From Acinetobacter wanghuae (GTDB lineage Bacteria; Pseudomonadota; Gammaproteobacteria; Pseudomonadales; Moraxellaceae): a stretch of DNA of 32,000 bases. The notes under the pieces were generated by a model that did not search any database, was not told the origin of the DNA, and was given only the letters and a program-made list of their open reading frames with translations. This document shows, piece by piece, positions 8,519 to 17,500 of this stretch. The stretch is from contig NZ_CP045650.1 in assembly GCF_009557235.1 (NCBI RefSeq), forward strand, positions 1,590,001 through 1,622,000, written 5' to 3'. A program made the position numbers and the translations under genes. Every line of letters begins with the position of its first letter. Positions within the stretch are counted from its first letter, which is position 1.

Positions 8519-8950
8519 CTAAGCTTTTATGTCCTTAGGATTGATACCTAATTTTTCCTCAATCAAGTCATAGCACCACTGAAAGATAAAGGTATAAAAC
8601 AAAATACCGGTGGTCAAAGCCAAGTCCAACATAATGGCATCGAGCAAAGATAAATTTAATGCATAAGCAATCATTGGAATGGTCGCAAGCATTAAGCCCC
8701 CTTCGAAACCAATCGCATGCAAAATACGAATCGGAATGGTTCTTTTAAATTGATACTTCCTTTCTACCTTTTCAAAAAAGATATTAAAAATCATATTCCA
8801 AATCACCGAGGTGACAGCCATGATCACGCCAAGTAAGCCCGTCACTTCCATCGGTTCATCAAAAATTTTACCGAGAAGAATCGCAATGATGACCAATAAA
8901 ATGATTTCATAGCTCAATGCATGAATCATCCTTCTTTTGGTAATCAACAT
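8519..8950 (-). CDS. aceI: PACE-family (bacterial transmembrane pair) efflux transporter, AceI-like
   Basis: Two BTP repeats: MIHALSYEIILLVI...WNMIFNIFFEKVE and RILHAIGFEGGLMLA...FIFQWCYDLIEEK, including the TM1 glutamate. Closely resembles A. baumannii AceI as I remember it (MLISKRRLIHAISYE...). A divergent LysR gene is adjacent. The track start at 8959 is GTG, and the ATG at 8950 gives the AceI-like N-terminus MLITKRR. Confidence 0.75.
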   Translation of the reverse strand: MLITKRRMIHALSYEIILLVIIAILLGKIFDEPMEVTGLLGVIMAVTSVIWNMIFNIFFEKVERKYQFKRTIPIRILHAIGFEGGLMLATIPMIAYALNLSLLDAIMLDLALTTGILFYTFIFQWCYDLIEEKLGINPKDIKA

Positions 8951-9054
8951 GTCTTTCACTCTATTTACGATAAGTTGCCGCTATAATATTTCCAAAAAAA
9001 TGAATGATCGAGTTAGAATCTATCAATATTTTTGACAGTTTATATTTAATAAAA

Positions 9055-9936
9055 ATGAATATTAGCCAAGAACAGCTCATCGTATTTAAAACAGTCATGG
9101 AAACTAAATCCTTCTCTGCGGCTGCCCGAAAACTCGGCAAGGTTCCTTCGGCGGTGAGTATGAGCATTGCTAATCTTGAAATTGATTTAGATTTAAATTT
9201 ATTTGACCGTAGTGGACGTGAACCTCAAGCCACAGCCCATGCCAAAGTTTTGTTTGAAAAGACTGAACAATTGTTAATTGAAATGAATCAATGGAAACAA
9301 TATGCCCGTGCGCTGAGCTCAGGCTTAGAATCGGAATTAAATATCGTCGTGGTTACAGAGTTGATGCATACCCGATGGACTGATTATGTGGTGTTACTTG
9401 AGCAAGAATTTCCTGAGCTACACGTCAATGTATTTAGTGCACCGCAGGAAGATGCACATCAATTATTATTTGACGGTCATGCACAACTGGCATTTATGTT
9501 TGAACGTGAACAACTCGAAGCGCGAGAACAATTTGTTGAGTTAAAAAAGGAAGTTTTGGTTGCTGTTGCTGCCAAGCAACATGCTATGAGTCAACTACAC
9601 ACGGTCAGTTATGAAGAATTGGTCAAGAATCGGCAAATTGTAGTTGCAAGTCGAGACCGTGAGATTCAACCTGAATTACTGTTTTCTAAAATCTATTGGC
9701 GCACCGATAATCACCATTCCGCTTGTAGCATGATTAAACGTGGACTCGGTTGGGGTGTTCTACCGCTTGAAATGCTCAACGAACAACCTGAACTCAAACG
9801 TAATTTAAAAGTACTGGAATTGTCTGATTTCACGCCTAAGTTTGAATATTATGTCGATTTGGTGTGGAGTAAAGAAAATAACTTGGGTAAAGCTGCTCAT
9901 TTTTTGATTAATCATGCACGAAATTTAAGAAAATAA
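9055..9936 (+). CDS. aceR: LysR-type transcriptional regulator divergent from aceI (AceR-like)
   Basis: N-terminal LTTR wHTH (MNISQEQLIVFKTVMETKSFSAAARKLGKVPSAVSMSI) plus a C-terminal substrate-binding domain. Divergent arrangement with the PACE gene. The ATG at 9055 gives the canonical LTTR N-terminus; the track start at 9004 adds 17 atypical residues. Confidence 0.7.
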   Translation: MNISQEQLIVFKTVMETKSFSAAARKLGKVPSAVSMSIANLEIDLDLNLFDRSGREPQATAHAKVLFEKTEQLLIEMNQWKQYARALSSGLESELNIVVVTELMHTRWTDYVVLLEQEFPELHVNVFSAPQEDAHQLLFDGHAQLAFMFEREQLEAREQFVELKKEVLVAVAAKQHAMSQLHTVSYEELVKNRQIVVASRDREIQPELLFSKIYWRTDNHHSACSMIKRGLGWGVLPLEMLNEQPELKRNLKVLELSDFTPKFEYYVDLVWSKENNLGKAAHFLINHARNLRK

Positions 9937-10027
9937 TCTGATTCACACCTCAAATCTAGCCTGAAATGCTTTTGGAATAGCTGCTTTGTGTTATAAAAGA
10001 ATGCATAAGTAATAACCTAAGAACTAG

Positions 10028-11023
10028 ATGCAAATGACTGCGAACGCCTTAAACCAACTTAAAAAATTAACCACCATTGTTGCTGACAGTAGTGATCTTG
10101 CTGCGATTGAAAAATTTCGTCCTTTGGATGCCACCACCAATCCATCATTGATTACAGCAGCTGCCAATCAAGCTGAAAATAAAACCCTTATTGAAGATGC
10201 TTACACTCAAGCCAAAAAAGAAGGCTATGCGGCAGATGCCTTGATTGAACGTACCATTGATATTTTAACCGTCAAATTTGGTGTCGAAATTTTAAAATTG
10301 ATTGAAGGTCGCGTGTCGACTGAAGTGGATGCTGCGTTATCTTATGATACTGAAGCGACGATTGCGAAAGCCAAAGAACTGCTTGCACTGTATGCACAAT
10401 ATGGCATTCCATCTGATCGTATCTTGATTAAAATCGCCTCAACTTGGCAAGGTATTCAAGCTGCAAAAGCATTAGAAGCGGAAGGTATTCATACCAATTT
10501 AACGCTATTATTTGGTTTACACCAAGCCAAAGCCTGTGCAGATGCTAAGGTGACTTTAATTTCCCCATTTGTCGGTCGTATTTTAGATTGGTACAAAAAA
10601 GCAGAAAATGTTGATGCTTACCCAATTGAGAAAGATCCCGGTGTTTTATCTGTGAAGCAGATTTACTGTTTCTATAAACAGCACAATATTAAAACTGAAA
10701 TTATGGGCGCGAGTTTCCGTAGTGTCGATCAAGTATTAGGCTTAGCGGGCTGTGATTTACTGACTGTTGCTCCAAATCTTTTAGCAGAACTTGAGCAAGA
10801 CCATCGGGAAGTCATTGCACAATTGTCTACAGAACATGCGCATGCCCATACTGAACATCCGCATACTGCAATGGATCAAGCAACCTTCAAAGCTGAACTA
10901 GAGCATGATTTAATGGCATCACAACTTTTACAATCGGGTATTGATGGCTTTATTAAAGCGCGTGAGCAATTGTCTACGCTCTTGCGTCAATCCTTTGGTG
11001 TAGATGCCGAAATTAAGGCTTAA
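10028..11023 (+). CDS. tal: Transaldolase (class I, TalB-type)
   Basis: LKKLTTIVADSSDLAAIEKFRPLDATTNPSLI, IKIASTWQGIQAAKALE (Schiff-base Lys region) and NLTLLFG...ISPFVGRILDW. An alternative ATG lies at 10034. Confidence 0.9.
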   Translation: MQMTANALNQLKKLTTIVADSSDLAAIEKFRPLDATTNPSLITAAANQAENKTLIEDAYTQAKKEGYAADALIERTIDILTVKFGVEILKLIEGRVSTEVDAALSYDTEATIAKAKELLALYAQYGIPSDRILIKIASTWQGIQAAKALEAEGIHTNLTLLFGLHQAKACADAKVTLISPFVGRILDWYKKAENVDAYPIEKDPGVLSVKQIYCFYKQHNIKTEIMGASFRSVDQVLGLAGCDLLTVAPNLLAELEQDHREVIAQLSTEHAHAHTEHPHTAMDQATFKAELEHDLMASQLLQSGIDGFIKAREQLSTLLRQSFGVDAEIKA

Positions 11024-11040
11024 GTCCAAGATTCAGAAAA

Positions 11041-11075
11041 AGCCGATGTTGCTATAATGTGACATCGGCTTTGTT
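11041..11075 (+). terminator. Candidate terminator after transaldolase
   Basis: Stem AGCCGATGT(11041-11049)/ACATCGGCT(11062-11070) with a 12-nt loop, followed by TTGTT. The long loop and short T-run make it weaker than the others. Confidence 0.45.
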
Positions 11076-11090
11076 ATAAATGAGTATTTT

Positions 11091-11747
11091 GTGTTTGGGA
11101 TTGCGGATTTAACGACTTTTATCATTGGTACAACGTTAATCGTAATGCTTCCCGGACCCAATTCACTGTATGTGATGTCTATTGCTTCGCGATTCGGCAT
11201 TAAAGCGGGTTATATCGGCGCTTTAGGCGTTTATACCGGCGATACTATTTTAATTTTGCTGACTGCATTGGGTGCAGCTTCGGTATTGCATACATTCCCA
11301 TTTGTGTTTATTGCGCTGAAAATTATTGGTGCAATCTATTTAAGTTATTTGGGCATCAAACTCATGATTGCCGCCTATCACACACTGAAATCTGCACATC
11401 GAGCCGCAGATCCATTGGCTCCAACGGAATCGATAACACTGGCAGACATCAAACCTTATCGTACCGCTTTAACCATTAGTGTGCTGAACCCAAAAGCGAT
11501 TCTGTTTTATTTATCTTTCTTTGTACAATTTGTCGATCCAACGTATGACTATCCTGCATTAACCTTCTTTTTATTAGCCATCGTGCTGCAGTGCATCAGT
11601 ATGGCGTATCTATCCATTCTGATTTTTTCAGGTATGAAACTCGCGTCTTACTTTAATCAAAACTATAAACTGACCGCGGCAGGTGTCGCAGCTGTGGGTA
11701 TTTTGTTCTGTGGTTTTGGTCTGAAATTAGCAAGTTCAACGCTCTAA
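11091..11747 (+). CDS. leuE: LysE/RhtB-family amino-acid exporter, LeuE-like leucine efflux protein
   Basis: GTG start. MFGIADLTTFIIGTTLIVMLPGPNSLYV and NPKAILFYLSFFVQFVD match E. coli LeuE (VLVPGPNTLFV; NPKAILFYVSFFVQFID) as remembered. Confidence 0.75.
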   Translation: MFGIADLTTFIIGTTLIVMLPGPNSLYVMSIASRFGIKAGYIGALGVYTGDTILILLTALGAASVLHTFPFVFIALKIIGAIYLSYLGIKLMIAAYHTLKSAHRAADPLAPTESITLADIKPYRTALTISVLNPKAILFYLSFFVQFVDPTYDYPALTFFLLAIVLQCISMAYLSILIFSGMKLASYFNQNYKLTAAGVAAVGILFCGFGLKLASSTL

Positions 11748-11755
11748 CGCTTTCA

Positions 11756-11788
11756 CCACACTGATGATTTGGAATCAGTGTGGTTTTT
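11756..11788 (+). terminator. Rho-independent terminator after leuE
   Basis: 10-bp stem CCACACTGAT(11756-11765)/ATCAGTGTGG(11774-11783) with an 8-nt loop, then T5 (11784-11788). Confidence 0.72.
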
Positions 11789-11828
11789 AGAATTTACGTC
11801 TTCGCTTCGTTCGCGATTTTATTGTCAA

Positions 11829-11862
11829 AGAAACAGCTGAATCGCTCAAAGCAGCTGTTTCT
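11829..11862 (-). terminator. Candidate terminator after the esterase gene
   Basis: 11-bp stem AGAAACAGCTG(11829-11839)/CAGCTGTTTCT(11852-11862) with a 12-nt loop. Only a short T tract follows on the minus strand. Confidence 0.4.
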
Positions 11863-11870
11863 CATGCTGC

Positions 11871-12866
11871 TTAATAGGCAGTTTTCTTCAGAAATTGAAT
11901 CGTCTGTTCAAAGGTTTTTTGACTAGCTTCTTTACTCATCAGAAATTGATATTCATGAAATAAAATTTCTTTTGAGTCTGGGTAAAACAAACTTGTGACA
12001 GGAATTCCATACTCACGTAGTTTTTCTACAAAGGGATAAGACTGACTTTCGGTTAAAAAGTCTTTATTGCCGCCACTGATCAAAACCGAAGGATAATGAG
12101 CACTTAAATGTTGGCTCGGTGAAATGCGGGCTAGAAATTTGTGATCATCTTTACGCTCACCGGTATAAGCCTGCACTAAATTTAAGATTCCCCACTCCAA
12201 AAGTTTAATTTCAGTCGGTGCAGATTCAACAAAGCTGACTAAATCATAAATCCCACAATGCAAAATCAGACCTCTTAGCTGCTTGGGTTGAATACTCACC
12301 TTAAAATCTTCTGAAGTGGCATAATTGGGTGTGGTGAGCAAGGCAGCATAATGACTTGCCATATTTGCCCCTGCTGAATCACCAGCCAAAAATAAAGCAT
12401 TGGCATCCACATGATAATCCGCTGCATGCTGACTAATATAAGCAAGTGCCTGATCAATTTGTTGTAATTGCGTTGGATAAATATGCTCAGGTGCCATTTG
12501 GTATTCGACTGAAATGACATTATAACCTTGCTGAGCCAGCATTTTATAATAACCGCTGCCATGCTCTTTTGAACCTGAAATCCAGCCACCGCCATGAATC
12601 CACACAATAGTCGGTCTTAAGCCAAGTTCAGCAATATTTTCTGGTTGATATAAATCAAAACTGAGTTTGGGTTGATCTTGATATACAATATTTCTGGTGA
12701 CCAATACATTTTGAGGTGCGCCCTTTTCAATCATTTTTTGTTGAATATCAGTTGAAAAGTTAAATACACCTGCGATCACTTTGCTGTTTTTGACATGACT
12801 TTGACAGGCGCTGAGCAAGATTGCACAGCAGATAAAAGTACAGAGTTTAGAAATGAGTTGAGTCAT
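11871..12866 (-). CDS. Alpha/beta-hydrolase esterase/lipase, hormone-sensitive-lipase (family IV) type, lipoprotein
   Basis: HGGGW oxyanion motif and GDSAGAN nucleophile elbow. N-terminal signal peptide with lipobox LLSAC. Confidence 0.8.
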   Translation of the reverse strand: MTQLISKLCTFICCAILLSACQSHVKNSKVIAGVFNFSTDIQQKMIEKGAPQNVLVTRNIVYQDQPKLSFDLYQPENIAELGLRPTIVWIHGGGWISGSKEHGSGYYKMLAQQGYNVISVEYQMAPEHIYPTQLQQIDQALAYISQHAADYHVDANALFLAGDSAGANMASHYAALLTTPNYATSEDFKVSIQPKQLRGLILHCGIYDLVSFVESAPTEIKLLEWGILNLVQAYTGERKDDHKFLARISPSQHLSAHYPSVLISGGNKDFLTESQSYPFVEKLREYGIPVTSLFYPDSKEILFHEYQFLMSKEASQKTFEQTIQFLKKTAY

Positions 12867-13127
12867 AATGCAACGACTAAATAAGGATTATCGACATTTT
12901 AAAAGGTTTCTAAGCAAGTTGATATCTTCAGCTTCTAACTCCACAATAATTTGCAATACCTAAGTAAATCGGTCAAATTTATTTGCCAATAAGCGCACAA
13001 TTTATAAATAATTTTTCGGTATTTTCAAAAAATACATTATTTTTTCTCATTTTTGCAATTGAACCCATGTGGGCGCTGTGTTATCAATAAATCTAGGGTT
13101 TATTTTAATAACAGCGGAGTATCATCC

Positions 13128-13571
13128 ATGGCACATCAACATATTTTAGTCCCTGTGGACGGTTCACAAATTTCTTTCTCAGCAGTGCGTCAAGCGGCTG
13201 AACTTGCCAAAGCTTTTAACAGTAAACTCCTCCTGATCAGTCTCATTGCTGAAAACCCATTTGACAATGCCGATTTTTATTATTCTTCATCCATTATGAA
13301 AGAATATTTCGTTCAAGCGCATGCCAATGCAGAAGCTGCTTTAAAACAAGCCAAAGACATTACGGATGCTTTGGATGTGGCAACTGAAACACGCATTGTG
13401 ACGGGCTTAGTGAATGCCGAAACAATTGCCCAAACTGCCCAACAAAATCAAACGGATCTCATTGTGATCGGCTCACACGGTCGCAAAGGTTTCCAAAAAA
13501 TGATTTTAGGCAGCTTTGCACAAGATGTATTAGCACAAACTGAAATTCCTGTTTTAGTGATTAAAAAATAA
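13128..13571 (+). CDS. Universal stress protein (UspA family)
   Basis: MAHQHILVPVDGS ... LIVIGSHGRKGFQKMILGSFAQDVLAQTEIPVLVIK (ATP-binding G-2x-G-9x-G-S/T motif). GGAG lies 8 nt upstream of the ATG at 13128; the track start at 13053 is TTG. Confidence 0.85.
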   Translation: MAHQHILVPVDGSQISFSAVRQAAELAKAFNSKLLLISLIAENPFDNADFYYSSSIMKEYFVQAHANAEAALKQAKDITDALDVATETRIVTGLVNAETIAQTAQQNQTDLIVIGSHGRKGFQKMILGSFAQDVLAQTEIPVLVIKK

Positions 13572-13580
13572 AGACAACTA

Positions 13581-13604
13581 ACGCACCTGAGGGTGCGTTT
13601 TTTA
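13581..13604 (+). terminator. Rho-independent terminator between the two usp genes
   Basis: Stem ACGCACC(13581-13587)/GGTGCGT(13592-13598), loop TGAG, then T6. Confidence 0.72.
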
Positions 13605-13649
13605 TGCTGTACAGCATGATCTATCTGCCTCATAAATCAAGGAAGCAAC

Positions 13650-14096
13650 ATGAATAATTATGAACACATTTTAGTGGCGATTGATGAATCTCCTATTTCT
13701 TACGCTGCAGCCGAACACGCGCTTGAACTTGCTACAGCATTCAAAAGTAAAGTGACTTTGCTCAGCGTTATTGCGGTTGATCCTTTCGTCGGTGTGGATT
13801 TTTATAAAATTGCGCCTGCAATTACCGAGCATTTTATGAAAGCCGAAGAAAATGCTTTAGCGCGCTTAAATGAATTAAAACTCAGTTTTGAGCGTAATGA
13901 CATTCCAGTACAGACAAAAGTTGTTCATGGCGTATCTCCCTCTGAGGGTATTTTAAATACTGTGCTCAGTGATGGAATTAGCGTGGTATTCATGGGTTCG
14001 CATGGACGTACAGGCTTAGAAAAAGCCGTTCTTGGTAGTGTGGCGCAGAATGTATTAAACAAAGCCAAGGTACCCGTTTTTATTATTAAGCAATAA
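13650..14096 (+). CDS. Universal stress protein (UspA family), tandem paralogue
   Basis: YEHILVAIDESP ... VVFMGSHGRTGLEKAVLGSVAQNVLNKAKVPVFIIK. SD AAGGAAG lies upstream. Confidence 0.85.
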   Translation: MNNYEHILVAIDESPISYAAAEHALELATAFKSKVTLLSVIAVDPFVGVDFYKIAPAITEHFMKAEENALARLNELKLSFERNDIPVQTKVVHGVSPSEGILNTVLSDGISVVFMGSHGRTGLEKAVLGSVAQNVLNKAKVPVFIIKQ

Positions 14097-14126
14097 AAAA
14101 AGCCTGTCAGATGACAGGCTTTTTTT
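14095..14126. terminator. Bidirectional terminator between usp2 and a convergent small ORF
   Basis: Stem AGCCTGTC(14101-14108)/GACAGGCT(14113-14120), loop AGAT, flanked by A6-7 and T6-7 runs. Confidence 0.78.
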
Positions 14127-14334
14127 AACGAATCTTTTGATTTAACTCATTTAAGAAGATTTCAGCTTCAAGCTGCGAATCAAAGACTTTAATATATTCC
14201 GCATTCATTTGTACAGATGATGGTGAATATTGCAGCTTCATTTCAAATAAGTGACTTGAGACATTTTTGCTAATTTGAACTGAGATAATATGCTGCGAAT
14301 TAAGATAAAACCCATCTTCGATTTTGACTAACAT
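14125..14334 (-). CDS. Hypothetical small protein (69 aa), no recognisable family
   Basis: Open frame only, with a weak SD (GGA abutting the ATG). It is bracketed by terminators at 14095-14126 and 14502-14532, so it would be a separate transcription unit. Confidence 0.35.
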   Translation of the reverse strand: MLVKIEDGFYLNSQHIISVQISKNVSSHLFEMKLQYSPSSVQMNAEYIKVFDSQLEAEIFLNELNQKIR

Positions 14335-14501
14335 TCCACTGACCTAATATTTTGAACACATTTGACTTCATTCAGCTATAAGGTGATGAAGTAACGTCAC
14401 GTATCGTGATCAAGCTAATCTACAGGAAAATGTGATGAATTTGGCGTTCGTTACATTTTAAATGCTAAAAACGCAATCAGCTATTAGTCTAGCTGAATAA
14501 T

Positions 14502-14532
14502 AAAAAACCGAATGATCAGATCATTCGGTTTT
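14502..14532 (-). terminator. Rho-independent terminator after pepN
   Basis: Stem CCGAATGA(14508-14515)/TCATTCGG(14521-14528). The minus strand reads hairpin then T6 (A-run 14502-14507 on plus). Confidence 0.72.
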
Positions 14533-14552
14533 CGATTTAGTTTATAACTGCT

Positions 14553-17162
14553 TTAAACGCTCAGCATACTGCTCAAGGTTTCAGAGACATTTTTCGATTT
14601 TACAATCGGTTTTAAGGCTTCGAGTTGTGCTTTCACTTCGCTGCGTTGTGGTTCTGCTAGCGTATACCAACGTGATAGGACTTGAAGTAAACGAGAGCCT
14701 ACGATTGGGTTTTTCTCGTCTAGGTATTTGGCTAAATCAATAAAGTGCTGAACACCAAAGCTCCACGTATTGACTGGATTTGCGTTTAAACCACCACTTA
14801 CCGCACGGATACGATTCGGTACACCCAAATCATAATCAGGATGTGAGGTTAAATAGGCAATGGTTTCAGCATCAGCTTTTGGATGTGCTGCCTGAATCAT
14901 AAACCACTGATCCATCGACAACGCTTCATCTTTAAAGCGTAAGTAAAAATCAATTAAGGCTTTTTCAGCTTGCGGTGCATCATTCCACACTAAGACGCGT
15001 AATGCACCTAAACGCTCAGACATATTTGCCGTATTTTTAAATTGCTGCTCAGCCAGTTCAAATGCAGACTCATCACCTTGACGTGCAATCATCGTTAGCA
15101 TGATATTTTTTAATGCACGTGTACCCATCGCTTGCGAGAAATCAGCTTGCGATTTCGGATCAAGACTTAAGTAAATCTCTTTCGCCTGTGCACCAAATGC
15201 ACGCGCTAAGGTATCTAACAGTGCATTACGCTTTTCTTGAATCACTTGCGGTTGATAGTCAGCATCAATACGGCTCGCCAAATACCCTTCTGTTGGCACA
15301 TCAAATAAGCGTGATACCAATAGTGGATCATGTGCAATCAAGCTTGGCACCGTATTCAGCATTGCTTGAATATAGATATCTGCTGGATGATCATTCAATA
15401 AAATACGATCAAGCAAAGTTTGGGTCGCTTGCCACTGGTTAAAACCATTGGTTTCATGTTGTAGCAAGAACGCGAGTTCTTCATCTGAATAGTTAAATTC
15501 AAGATTCACAGGCGCAGAGAAGTTACGTAGCAATGACACCACTGGTTTCGATGTCACATCTGTAAATTCAATCGTAGCGGCATCTTGATCAAACAGATAT
15601 ACGCCATCTTTTACGCCATTTTCAAACAGGCTTTCACAATTGAGGCTCAGTTGCTCACCTGAATGAGCATCAAATAATGCCAATGCCACAGGAATTGGCA
15701 CTGCTTTTAGATTTGGATATTTTGGATGTGTTTTCAGGCTTTGTTTCAAGCTTAAACGATAAGTTTGTTTAGCCGCATCGTACTCACCCTGAGCTTCAAG
15801 CTTTGGCGTGCCCGGTTGGTTATACCAAATCAAGAATGCAGATAAATCAACGCCTGAACCTGCTGTCAATGCTGCGACCCAATCTTCAACCGTCACTGCT
15901 TGACCATCATGACGGCGGAAATATTCATCTGTGCCTGCGCGGAATTTTTCTTTGCCAAGCAAAGTCGCCATCATGCGGTTAATTTCCGCGCCTTTTTCAT
16001 ATACGGTTGCGGTGTAGAAGTTATTAATTTCTACAAAATGATCAGGACGTGGTGGATGTGACAAAGGACCTGAATCTTCAGGGAATTGATGTGCTTTAAG
16101 CACGGCAACATCATCAATACGTTGCACTGCAGCCGACTGTAAATCTTCCGAGAAAGATTGATCACGAAATACCGTTAAACCTTCTTTTAAGCAGAGTTGG
16201 AACCAATCACGGCAGGTAATACGGTTGCCTGTCCAGTTATGGAAATACTCATGCGCAATCACGGATTGAACACGCATAATTGCCGCATCAGTGGTGAATT
16301 CTTCATCAGCCAACACACATGACGTATTGAAGATATTGAGACCTTTATTCTCCATTGCACCCATATTGAATGCACTGGTTGCCACGATCATGTAATTGTC
16401 GAGGTCATAGGGACGACCATAATGTTCTTCATCCCAACGCATTGAATGCTTGAGTGCTTCCATCGCGATATGACATTTTGGAATATCTTTTTCTTCTGCA
16501 TAAATTTCTAAAGCGACATTGCGACCTTCAGAAGTGACATATGAATCTTTTAGAACAGCCAAATCCCCAATTACACAGGCAAACAGATACGCTGGCTTTT
16601 TGGTTGGATCTTGCCAAGTGGCATAATGACGACCTTCACCTGCTTCACCTTTTTCGATCAAGTTACCATTGGCAAGTAAGACAGGGAATTTTTTGTCTGC
16701 TTCAACACGTGTCGTAAACACAGACAAGACATCTGGACGGTCAGGATAGAAAGTGATTTTACGGAATCCTTCAGGCTCGTTTTGCGTTACGAACAAATCA
16801 CCTGCTGCTTGATACAGACCTTCTAATTGGGTATTTGACTCAGGATGAATTTTAACAATCGTTTCAATGGTGGCTTGATCTGGTGCATTACTAATGACCA
16901 ATTGCTCAGCATCTAAAACATATTCATTTTCAGCAAGTTGTTTGCCGTTTATTGTAATAGACTGTAATTCTAAGTCACGTCCTAAGAGCACCAAATCGCC
17001 CGCTGTTTGACGCTGCATCACCAATTTGGTGCTGACGACAGTATGATCATCAAACACTTGAATATTGAGGTCAATCGTATCCACAAGAAATGAAGGTTTT
17101 TGATAGTCTTTTAAGTAAATGGTTTGATCGGCTTCGATCACAGGGTTTGCCGCAATATTCAT
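14553..17162 (-). CDS. pepN: Aminopeptidase N (M1 family)
   Basis: 869 aa. GAMEN exopeptidase motif (FNMGAMENKG) and HEYFHNWTGNRITCRDWFQLCLKEG (HExxH-18x-E zinc site). The length matches E. coli PepN. Confidence 0.95.
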   Translation of the reverse strand: MNIAANPVIEADQTIYLKDYQKPSFLVDTIDLNIQVFDDHTVVSTKLVMQRQTAGDLVLLGRDLELQSITINGKQLAENEYVLDAEQLVISNAPDQATIETIVKIHPESNTQLEGLYQAAGDLFVTQNEPEGFRKITFYPDRPDVLSVFTTRVEADKKFPVLLANGNLIEKGEAGEGRHYATWQDPTKKPAYLFACVIGDLAVLKDSYVTSEGRNVALEIYAEEKDIPKCHIAMEALKHSMRWDEEHYGRPYDLDNYMIVATSAFNMGAMENKGLNIFNTSCVLADEEFTTDAAIMRVQSVIAHEYFHNWTGNRITCRDWFQLCLKEGLTVFRDQSFSEDLQSAAVQRIDDVAVLKAHQFPEDSGPLSHPPRPDHFVEINNFYTATVYEKGAEINRMMATLLGKEKFRAGTDEYFRRHDGQAVTVEDWVAALTAGSGVDLSAFLIWYNQPGTPKLEAQGEYDAAKQTYRLSLKQSLKTHPKYPNLKAVPIPVALALFDAHSGEQLSLNCESLFENGVKDGVYLFDQDAATIEFTDVTSKPVVSLLRNFSAPVNLEFNYSDEELAFLLQHETNGFNQWQATQTLLDRILLNDHPADIYIQAMLNTVPSLIAHDPLLVSRLFDVPTEGYLASRIDADYQPQVIQEKRNALLDTLARAFGAQAKEIYLSLDPKSQADFSQAMGTRALKNIMLTMIARQGDESAFELAEQQFKNTANMSERLGALRVLVWNDAPQAEKALIDFYLRFKDEALSMDQWFMIQAAHPKADAETIAYLTSHPDYDLGVPNRIRAVSGGLNANPVNTWSFGVQHFIDLAKYLDEKNPIVGSRLLQVLSRWYTLAEPQRSEVKAQLEALKPIVKSKNVSETLSSMLSV

Positions 17163-17500
17163 GTCCTATCCTATTTAACTGTCTGTAACGACATTGTATT
17201 TTTCAAATCATACGCCAAGATTTAGGCACTGTCTGCGTCATTGGCTTTTCAAGTTTAATATGGGTATTGATTGCACCAGTTTCAAACCAATTTGTATATT
17301 CAAACAGCATTTAACTTTGTATAAGAATGTATATACATTATTTATCAAGCTTTAAGTTCCAACTTTATGTGTAATAAATATATGTTTTTACTTTATAAAA
17401 TATATTTTCGATGAAAAAATTAAAAATGTGCACGCTTTTTGCTTCATTCAATACACCGTAATACTCTATTCAATGACAACAAAAAAGAATGAGGTGAACC

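Noticed and set aside
11080-11112. 10-codon upstream ORF (MSILCLGLRI) overlapping the leuE GTG start, tempting as a Leu-rich leader peptide.
   Set aside because: It has no SD. It lies partly in the tal terminator tail. Three Leu in ten codons is unremarkable in this composition, and no alternative attenuator hairpins are evident.
17317-17344. dif/XerCD-like site, because of the central TGTATA within AATGTATATACATT.
   Set aside because: The flanking 11-mers (TTGTATAAGAA and TACATTATTTA) match the XerC/XerD arm consensus (…GCGCATAA / TTATGTTAAAT) poorly.
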